From the NCBI GenBank assembly GCA_963715635.1, contig OY970261.1, positions 3,121,011-3,185,010 on the forward strand: DNA of 64,000 nucleotides. Reading direction: 5' to 3'. The translations under genes and the position numbers were made by a program. This document shows positions 37,729 to 45,277 of the stretch, one piece after another (the first letter of the stretch is position 1; each line of letters opens with the position of its first letter). The notes beneath the pieces were generated by a model. The model made no database searches. It saw only the letters and a program-made list of their open reading frames with translations, and was not told the origin of the DNA. This DNA is from Candidatus Aminicenantes bacterium (lineage in GTDB: Bacteria > Acidobacteriota > Aminicenantia > Aminicenantales > UBA4085).

Positions 37729-39519
37729 ATGCAAGCAACCTCTCTCAGAAAAAAGGTCCTCCTGTGTCTCATTCTCTCCCTTTTAGCATCAAACGCCGCG
37801 GCCGATGTGGCGATCGCGAGACGCGGAAAGGCCGCGGCCAAAGTGGTTGTGGACGAAGGAGCGGACCCGACAGAAAAGCAGGCTGCGGACGAACTGGCTT
37901 TCTTCCTTCACATCGTGACGGGAAGCAGTTTCCCCGTCGTTCAAGAGGATTCCGGAAACGGCAGCCGTTTGCTAGTGGGTGAAGGAGCGGTCCGGCTTGC
38001 CGACCCGGGCTTCAATGCCGGCGGATTAGGGAAAGAAGAAATTATTGTCAGGACCGCCGGTAGCGACCTTCTCCTCGCCGGGGGAAGCCCGCGCGCAACT
38101 CTCTACGCAGTGTACGCCTTCCTCGAAGACGTCGTCGGCTGCCGCTGGTGGACATCGACGGCCAGCGCCATGCCCTGGAAGCGCACCCTGAAGATCCGGC
38201 CCGTTGCCATCCGCTACGCTCCGCCGCTCGAATACCGGGAGCCGTTTTGGTTCGTGGCCTTTGACCCCATCTGGGACGCCCGAAATAAGGTCAACGGCGC
38301 CAGGGCAGGCGGTGACGATATCCGGGGTGGAAGGCACGTCTACGAAGGCTTTGTGCATACGCTCTATTCATTGATTCCCCCAGAAAAATATTTCAAGGAC
38401 CATCCCGAATGGTTCAGCGAAATCAAAGGAGAGAGAACGTTCCAAAACGCCCAGCTCTGCCTGACTAACGAAGAGATGAGGCGGGAGCTCGTCAAGAACC
38501 TCATAGAACGCCTGCGGCTCAACCCGCAGGCCACGATCGCCTCCGTATCCCAAAATGACTGTTACAACAACTGCACATGCCCCCTCTGTCGCGCCGTGGA
38601 TGAGGAAGAAGGAAGCCCCTCGGGATCGCTGCTGAGGTTCGTCAATGCCGTCGCCGCAGAAATCGAGGCTGAATTTCCTTTGGTCGCAGTCGATACGCTG
38701 GCCTATCAATACACGCGCAAACCGCCCCGGCTCGCCCGGCCCCGGCCCAATGTCATCATCCGTCTCTGCAGCATCGAGTGTTCCTTTAGCCAGCCCTTGA
38801 ACGGAGAGCGCAACAAAGCCTTTTTTGAGGACCTGAAGGGCTGGTCGAACATCGCCGACCGCCTGTTTATTTGGGATTACACGACCAATTTTGCCCACTA
38901 TATTCAGCCGCATCCCAATTATCATGTCTTGGGGCTCAACATCCGCCTCTTTGTTGAGCATAAAGTCCGGGGGATTTTCGAGCAGGGCGCTTACCAGTCC
39001 ACGGGGGCGGAAATGGCCGAATTCCGGGCCTGGCTGCTGGCCAAGATCCTCTGGAACCCGGCCCTCGATCCGCAAAAGCTCCGCCGGGAATTCTTGAGCG
39101 GCTATTATGGGCCGGCAGCCAAATCCATATCGGATTACATGACCTTGCTCGAGCAGGCGGCGCAGGCCGGCGGCGATCACCTCGGTTGTTATTCTCCGCC
39201 CGATGCAAAATTCCTTTCTCTGGACACCATTCTACGCGCCTGGAATATTTTGAAAAAAGCCGAGAAGAGGGTCAAGGGCACGCTTGAATACGCCCGGCGT
39301 GTTCGCGCGGTCCAGATGCCCATGGCTTATGTCGTCCTTGCCCGCTGGGATGGGCTTCAAAAAGAAGCGCGCGAGCGGAACCGGACCTGGCCCTGGCCTC
39401 AGGCGCGTGACGCATGGTTGGACTGGTTTCTCAAGGCCGCACGCGCGGAGAAGGTTGATATGATATCCGAAGGGCAGACTCTGGAAGACTGGGCAAACAA
39501 AGGCGGCCAATCGCGCTGA
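37729..39519 (+). CDS. DUF4838 domain-containing protein (glycoside-hydrolase-like, secreted)
   Basis: 596 aa. Signal peptide. Recalled DUF4838 pattern (AADELAFFLHIVTG..., CTCPLCRA, WDYTTNF, LFVEHKVRGIFEQG). Confidence 0.5.
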   Translation: MQATSLRKKVLLCLILSLLASNAAADVAIARRGKAAAKVVVDEGADPTEKQAADELAFFLHIVTGSSFPVVQEDSGNGSRLLVGEGAVRLADPGFNAGGLGKEEIIVRTAGSDLLLAGGSPRATLYAVYAFLEDVVGCRWWTSTASAMPWKRTLKIRPVAIRYAPPLEYREPFWFVAFDPIWDARNKVNGARAGGDDIRGGRHVYEGFVHTLYSLIPPEKYFKDHPEWFSEIKGERTFQNAQLCLTNEEMRRELVKNLIERLRLNPQATIASVSQNDCYNNCTCPLCRAVDEEEGSPSGSLLRFVNAVAAEIEAEFPLVAVDTLAYQYTRKPPRLARPRPNVIIRLCSIECSFSQPLNGERNKAFFEDLKGWSNIADRLFIWDYTTNFAHYIQPHPNYHVLGLNIRLFVEHKVRGIFEQGAYQSTGAEMAEFRAWLLAKILWNPALDPQKLRREFLSGYYGPAAKSISDYMTLLEQAAQAGGDHLGCYSPPDAKFLSLDTILRAWNILKKAEKRVKGTLEYARRVRAVQMPMAYVVLARWDGLQKEARERNRTWPWPQARDAWLDWFLKAARAEKVDMISEGQTLEDWANKGGQSR

Positions 39520-39536
39520 GGCCAAGCATTCCCTGA

Positions 39537-41143
39537 CCCTAAATTGCCGATAGGAAAATCTATTGAACGATACAGACTCCTGGTATAAGGTGTTTTTGGT
39601 CTAAAAACAGACTCACCCTGGGGGTGAGACCTTAACCAGGAGGGCGAGAGTATGATACAGCAAGGCATCCTGCCATTCAAGATTGAACTGACTGACGAGC
39701 TGATAACGCCGCGAAGCGGTCTGGCTCTGTTTGCCGAAGTCATCCATGCCTTCAAGGTAAAAAGGAAGGTCGAGGCGTATTTTCCCAAGCCCGGCTCGAA
39801 CCGGGGCTATGAAGCGTGGTCCTATATTGAGCCGCTGTTATTGATGATGGAAGGCGGCGGCCAGCATATCGAAGATCTCCGCGAGATTCGGGAGGACAGA
39901 ACGCTGCGGCTTCTAATCGGGCTTGAGCGGATGCCGTCGCTGTCAACGTATGGGGACTGGTTGGCCAGAGCGGGAGCAAATGGCGGAATCAAGGCGATGA
40001 GGAAGGTCGGGGAAGAGACGGCGGAGACGATCTGGAAACGAACAGCGAGGCCGGAGTATACGCTGGATGTGGACGCGACAGTGATCGAAGCGGAGAAGAA
40101 GGAGGCGGAGTGGACGTATAAGAAAGTTAAAGGGTATCAGCCGATCTTGGGGTACTTGGCGGAAAACGGGGTGTGTTTGACCCATGAGTTTCGGGAAGGG
40201 AACGTCACGGCCCAGAGCGACGCCTTGAAGTTTCTGAAGCGTTGTCTTCGGCTCTGTCCTAAGATTAAACGCCTTCGTTCTGATAGCGCCTTCTATCAGG
40301 CGCCTGTCATCAATGAGTGTGAAAAAAACGACCTGGGCTTCACGATCACGGCCGACCAAGATGCTGGCGTGAAAGGAGTTATCCCGACTGTTCGGGACTG
40401 GAAGCCGCTCTTGGATGAGGACGGAAAAAAGACAGACCGGGAGATTGGAACGGGGATTCATATGATGACCAAGGCCAAAGAACCTTTCCGGTTGGTCGTC
40501 CAGCGCTGGCGCGAACCTCAGCTCCGGCTCTATGAGCCGAACGGCTATCGTTACTATGTGATCGCCACCAACAGGGACGATCTGTCCCCGGAAGGAGTGG
40601 TCTGGTTCCATAACCAAAGAGGCCAAGTCGAGAACCTCATCAAGGAACTGAAGATCGGGTTTGGCATGGAGCAAATGACCAGCGGCGACTTTGCGGCCAA
40701 TGCCCTGTGGTTTTCGATCGGAGTCCTGGCGTATAACCTGACTCAGGCCCAGAAGCTCCTGTTTATGGATCCGGAGTGGAGGCCCAAGACGATGGCCACG
40801 CTGCGCTGGCAGCTCCTGGAGACCGCCGGCCGTTTAGTTCGTCATGGCCGGTGCCTTGTCTTACGGATCGCAGCGTCCTGGGAAAAACTCCGGGTGTTTC
40901 TTCAGATCCGGGAACGCTGCGCGGCGTTTTCCTAACTGCGGGCAATCCGTTTTTATTCGGATAAAATCAAAGCGACGATTATCAGGGAGAAGCTCTCCTA
41001 AAATGCCCGCCTTTCGCCAACACCAAGTCAAATCGCGAACAGCAGCGTTTCCGTTTTGAAGATTTTAGCCTTTCATCACCTTCCGGAGGTTTCCCTTGAA
41101 GCAATTCCTTTTCCCAAAATTATCCTATCGGCAATTTCGGGCC
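39537..41143 (+). mobile_element. IS1380-like insertion sequence with terminal inverted repeats and 4-bp CTGA target-site duplication
   Basis: IRL CCCTAAATTGCCGATAGGAAAAT (39537-). IRR reverse complement GGCCCGAAATTGCCGATAGGATAAT (-41143). CTGA at 39533-39536 and 41144-41147. One transposase ORF inside. Confidence 0.65.
39652..40935 (+). CDS. DDE transposase, IS1380-family-like (DDE_Tnp group 1)
   Basis: 427 aa. LDVDATVIEAEK, RLRSDSAFY, HNQRGQVENLIKELK motifs. RBS GGAGGGCGAGAGT ATG. Confidence 0.6.
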   Translation: MIQQGILPFKIELTDELITPRSGLALFAEVIHAFKVKRKVEAYFPKPGSNRGYEAWSYIEPLLLMMEGGGQHIEDLREIREDRTLRLLIGLERMPSLSTYGDWLARAGANGGIKAMRKVGEETAETIWKRTARPEYTLDVDATVIEAEKKEAEWTYKKVKGYQPILGYLAENGVCLTHEFREGNVTAQSDALKFLKRCLRLCPKIKRLRSDSAFYQAPVINECEKNDLGFTITADQDAGVKGVIPTVRDWKPLLDEDGKKTDREIGTGIHMMTKAKEPFRLVVQRWREPQLRLYEPNGYRYYVIATNRDDLSPEGVVWFHNQRGQVENLIKELKIGFGMEQMTSGDFAANALWFSIGVLAYNLTQAQKLLFMDPEWRPKTMATLRWQLLETAGRLVRHGRCLVLRIAASWEKLRVFLQIRERCAAFS

Positions 41144-41228
41144 CTGATCTAGCTCTTGCATTTCTGGCCGCGGAGCTTTATCATTTAACGCTTGGGCCGG
41201 CGCTGACCTTGAAGAGGAGACGTGGATA

Positions 41229-42473
41229 ATGGATTTATTCGACAAGTGCTATACGGACGGCGGATATTTTGGGCCCTTCAGGGCCAAAGAAGACCACTAC
41301 TTCACGCGTCCGGTCCTGGACCCCATCCCCGGGAGGGAGATGCTTTTTCACGGCCAAAAAGTCATCCAGTGGTCGATCAATAATTATCTGGGCCTGGCCG
41401 AGAGCCAGGAGATCAAAACCCTCGCCGTCGAAGCGGCGAAAAAATACGGGACGAGCGCGCCGATGGGCGCCCGGATGATGACGGGCAACACCGAGCATCA
41501 CATCGCTCTCGAAAAGAAATTCGCCGATTTTCTTCAGAAAGAGGATGCCGTTTTGTTCAACTACGGCTATCTGGGTGTCATCGGGACGATCACTTCTCTC
41601 GTCGATACCCACGACACGATCATCGTCGATAAACTATCTCATGCCTCGATGCTGGACGGCGTCTTCATGTCCCAGGGAAAATTCCGCGTTTACAGGCATA
41701 ACGACATGGACAGCCTGGAAGCCCATCTCAAGCATGTCAATAAAGACCGCAAGGGCGGAATCCTAATCGTGACCGAAGGCGTCTTCGGCATGCGGGGGGA
41801 CATCGCCAACCTGCCGGCCATCTGCGCGCTGAAGGAAAAATACGACGCCCGGATCTTCGTGGATGATGCCCACGGCTTCGGTATCATGGGGGAGTGCGGC
41901 CGCGGCAGCGGCGAATATTACGGCGTCCATGACAAGCTGGACATCTATTTCGGGACGTTCGCCAAGGCCTTCGCCGCGATCGGCGGCGTTTCCGCCACCG
42001 ATAAGCCCGTAGCCGAATGGATCCGCTACAATGCACGGACCCAGGTTTTCGCCAAAAGCCTGCCTATGATCTATGTCGAAGTGCTGTCCAGGACCCTGGA
42101 CATGATCCGGGACGGCAAGGAACTCCGGAAAAAGATGTGGGAGAACGCCGCCAAGCTGAAGAGCGGACTCAAGGCCCTCGGATATGAAGTCGGAGACGTG
42201 CTTTCTCCGCTGACGTCCGTCTATGTTCCGGCGGGCGACATCCCCCTGGGCATGGCTATCATCAAAAGTCTCCGCGATATGGGAGTCTTCATTACGGGCG
42301 TCACGTATCCCGTTGTCCCCAGGGGAATTCTCCTCTTCCGGATGGTTCCAACGGCATCTCATACGGATGAAGATATCGAGCGGACGATTTGCGCGTTCCG
42401 CAAGGTCCGGGATGAGCTCAAGCTCAACCTGGAGTCTGCCAAACAGACCTTGGCTCAGGAACAAAGAGATTAG
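41229..42473 (+). CDS. Alpha-oxoamine synthase family PLP enzyme (serine palmitoyltransferase / 8-amino-7-oxononanoate synthase-like)
   Basis: 414 aa. GTFAKAF (PLP-Lys), DDAHGFG, SHASMLDG motifs. Overall SPT-like layout. Confidence 0.65.
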   Translation: MDLFDKCYTDGGYFGPFRAKEDHYFTRPVLDPIPGREMLFHGQKVIQWSINNYLGLAESQEIKTLAVEAAKKYGTSAPMGARMMTGNTEHHIALEKKFADFLQKEDAVLFNYGYLGVIGTITSLVDTHDTIIVDKLSHASMLDGVFMSQGKFRVYRHNDMDSLEAHLKHVNKDRKGGILIVTEGVFGMRGDIANLPAICALKEKYDARIFVDDAHGFGIMGECGRGSGEYYGVHDKLDIYFGTFAKAFAAIGGVSATDKPVAEWIRYNARTQVFAKSLPMIYVEVLSRTLDMIRDGKELRKKMWENAAKLKSGLKALGYEVGDVLSPLTSVYVPAGDIPLGMAIIKSLRDMGVFITGVTYPVVPRGILLFRMVPTASHTDEDIERTICAFRKVRDELKLNLESAKQTLAQEQRD

Positions 42474-42886
42474 CGACCAACGAGAAAGGCCCAAGGGCAC
42501 GTCCAGCTGAACCTCTTCGGCCCCCATGAGGCTCTCCCGGGGCCTTCCGGGCTGGACAGCTCCGAAAAAAAGCCTTGAAAATCTTGCAAAAAAAAGAACC
42601 CCAGGTCGTTTTATGCCATCGGCGGGGGTATCCCTTCTCCTCTTTTTAAAGAGGATCTTATCTAGCAAGCTGATCGAGAAACAGGGCAAAAAACCCTGAC
42701 TTCTAAGCGGAGGACCCCGTCTCACCCTGTCCTGGGGGTAAATTCATACATAAAATCACCCCCAAAGATGATTGAAGTCTAGCCTGATAAATGAAATAAA
42801 TGTAGCGAATCGTTTGAAAGGAAATAACTTGAAAAGACGAGTCCAAGCGTCGAACAATTTCGATATAACGGCGCGGGGATGCGACC

Positions 42887-44704
42887 ATGAATAACAAAAA
42901 GGTTCTTGTCATCGACTTCGATACAGAGTTTCTGCAAAACGTCTCCCAATTCCTCCGGAATGAAGGTTTTCAGGTCTCCAATGCCATGGACGGCATGGCC
43001 GGCCTGGAAAAGTTCAAAGCCACGGAGCCGGACTTGGTCATCATGGAGGCCATGCTGCCCAAGCTGCATGGTTTCGAACTCTGCTCGAAAATCTCTAAGG
43101 ACGAACGGAGCGTGCCGGTGATCATCATGACCGGCGTTTATAAGGACCCCGTTTATAAAACAGAGGCCTTGCGCACCTTCGGCGCCACGGCTTATTTCGA
43201 AAAGCCATTTTCCCTGGACAGCCTGCGAACGACCATCCGCCGCATCTTTAACTTATCCGAAGCGCCGGTCAAAAAAGAAGAGAAAAAAGCAGAGGCGAGC
43301 GAGCCCCACGTCTTGGAAAGGAAACCGGCCAAAGCTCCTGAAAAACCGCCCGTCTTAGAAAAGCTCCACATCGAGAAGAAGAAAGAGAACGGCCATGAAG
43401 TCGACAAGGACGTCGATCGAATCCTCGAAGACGCCCTCGCCGATTTCGGCCTGTCCCCGGAAAAAAAGAAGCCGGCCGTCAAGATCACAGATCATGCCGC
43501 TAAAGAGAAAGCCGCGCCCACTCCACCCTCTCGGCCGTCGGCGTCCTCGCCTTTTACCGAACAGGCTCGCACGGCGATCAAAGAAGCGATTGCCAAAGAG
43601 ATGCATGTCAAAGAAACGCATATCAAGGAGCCGGCTGTCAAGGAACCGATCGTCAAGGAGCCTGCGATCAGGGAGCCGGTATTCAAAGAGCCGATCGTCA
43701 AAGAACCCGAGTTCAAAGAGTCGGAGTTAAACGAGTCGGAATTCAAAAAACAGGAATTCCATGAACCGGGAGTCGAGTCACCGGTATACCCGGAATCACC
43801 TGCTCCGGAGAAGATGGCTCACGAATTCAAGGAAGACTTCAAAGCCCGCAAAACAGAATCCCATAAAAAGCCGGGGTCGAAAGCCCGTTGGGATCCTTTT
43901 TTAGAGTTCTACCCCGAAAAGAAAAAAGGCTTTTCACCGCGGCTGATCGGGATTGCGGCGGGAGTCCTAATCGTCAGCAGCCTGGCCTTTTACTTCCTCA
44001 AGTCTCATAAAAATTCCCCGGCCTCGGATGTAGCCTCCAAAAACCAAGCCGCCGACACGGTTCAGCAAAATCGAGATGAACAAACGCCCCTGTCATCCCA
44101 ACAGCTCTTGAATACCATCGAAAAAATGGGACAGGCGCAGGACGAAGGGAAAAATGCTATTCCTAAAGATAAACTGGCGATTCCGCCCGCGGACACGGTG
44201 ACGGGAGACACCATTCGCCCGGAAGACGTGAAGCCCCTGGCGCCGACCGAAAACTCTAAACTCCAAATCCAACTCCCCGATCCCAAGCAGACCGCCGAGA
44301 ACAAAGAGGTCAAAACGCAAGCTCAAGACCAGAACGCGAATCCCGAAGCAAAGCCGAATCCTCCAGCGGCGAACAATGAAGGAAATGCTAAAGCAAACCT
44401 GGGGGATCTTGTCGCCTTGGATAAGGTGGACAGCCAGCCCATCGTTATCAGGCGGGTCGATCCCGTTTATCCGCCCTATGCCCAAAATCTAAAGGTGGAG
44501 GGAGATGTCGCCATGAGCGCCCTCATATCTGAATATGGAGATGTCCTTCAGGTGAACGTGGTTCGGGGCATCCAGGGAAATTTCGGGTTCGAAAGAGCCG
44601 CCCAAAATGCCATCAAGCAGTGGAAATTCAAGCCCGCCCAAAAAGACGGCGTGAATGTCAAAGTCTGGAAGCCTATTACTATAACCTTCAAGCTTAAAAA
44701 GTGA
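42887..44704 (+). CDS. Response-regulator receiver (REC) domain fused via a Pro/Glu/Lys-rich linker and one TM helix to a TonB C-terminal domain
   Basis: N-terminal CheY-like domain (VLVIDFD...DLVIMEAMLPKLHGFEL...VIIMTG). Low-complexity KEP repeats. TM (IGIAAGVLIVSSLAFYFL). C-terminal TonB domain (VDPVYPPYAQNLKVEGDVAMSALISEYGDV...AIKQWKFKPAQKDGVNV). Confidence 0.65.
   Translation: MNNKKVLVIDFDTEFLQNVSQFLRNEGFQVSNAMDGMAGLEKFKATEPDLVIMEAMLPKLHGFELCSKISKDERSVPVIIMTGVYKDPVYKTEALRTFGATAYFEKPFSLDSLRTTIRRIFNLSEAPVKKEEKKAEASEPHVLERKPAKAPEKPPVLEKLHIEKKKENGHEVDKDVDRILEDALADFGLSPEKKKPAVKITDHAAKEKAAPTPPSRPSASSPFTEQARTAIKEAIAKEMHVKETHIKEPAVKEPIVKEPAIREPVFKEPIVKEPEFKESELNESEFKKQEFHEPGVESPVYPESPAPEKMAHEFKEDFKARKTESHKKPGSKARWDPFLEFYPEKKKGFSPRLIGIAAGVLIVSSLAFYFLKSHKNSPASDVASKNQAADTVQQNRDEQTPLSSQQLLNTIEKMGQAQDEGKNAIPKDKLAIPPADTVTGDTIRPEDVKPLAPTENSKLQIQLPDPKQTAENKEVKTQAQDQNANPEAKPNPPAANNEGNAKANLGDLVALDKVDSQPIVIRRVDPVYPPYAQNLKVEGDVAMSALISEYGDVLQVNVVRGIQGNFGFERAAQNAIKQWKFKPAQKDGVNVKVWKPITITFKLKK
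43601..43760 (+). repeat. Imperfect 15-bp tandem repeats encoding (V/I)KEP(A/I/V) pentapeptides in the REC-TonB linker
   Basis: gtcaaagaaacgcat / atcaaggagccggct / gtcaaggaaccgatc / gtcaaggagcctgcg ... about 10 units. Confidence 0.6.
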
Positions 44705-44733
44705 AGGGAGGCAGTTCTCTTAAGGAGTGAACG

Positions 44734-44982
44734 ATGCCATTAAGAAGAGATCAAGAAGATCTTTACAGAAAAACCATGGACGAGGTCAAAAAGCAGATCG
44801 ATGACATCGACGGTCAGATCGAGTCGGAAATTCAGAAGGTCCGCGAACGGCTAGCCGACTTCCAGCAAGCTAAAAAATCCCTTCAGCAGGTTTACAAAGG
44901 GATGGCCAAGCTTCTCGGCCTGGAGTCCGAGATGGAAGACGAAGAGGCGGGGTCCGAGACCTCGGCCATGCCGAAAATGTAG
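44734..44982 (+). CDS. Small coiled-coil protein
   Basis: 82 aa, K/E/Q-rich, acidic C-terminus. Directly follows the REC-TonB gene. Confidence 0.35.
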   Translation: MPLRRDQEDLYRKTMDEVKKQIDDIDGQIESEIQKVRERLADFQQAKKSLQQVYKGMAKLLGLESEMEDEEAGSETSAMPKM

Positions 44983-45277
44983 GCCGCATCTCTGAGTTCT
45001 CTCTACTGGCCTGCCATCGATTTTTCCCGCCTTTGTGAATCCACACCTGCCATTTTTCCTGGCGTTAGCTCTTGTTTTTTTCGGCGACCTCCTCGATAAA
45101 CCCGAAAGGCGCCCGTTCCGGAACCATCCGCTTATTTTCAATTCATATCTCAAAATTTGACACCCCTGTTTTTCTTATGTTATATTTCTTGCGCAAATTG
45201 AAAAGGGATCTCTCTCAAAGCTAGGGATAAATTCGAGCAAATAAAGTGCCCAGTGGTGATTTTTCTGAGCGAAAGCC

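Noticed and set aside
38368-39180. 270-aa minus-strand ORF
   Set aside because: Antisense to the DUF4838 gene. No recognisable motifs.
41763-42725. 320-aa minus-strand ORF
   Set aside because: Antisense to the alpha-oxoamine synthase gene. Low-complexity composition.
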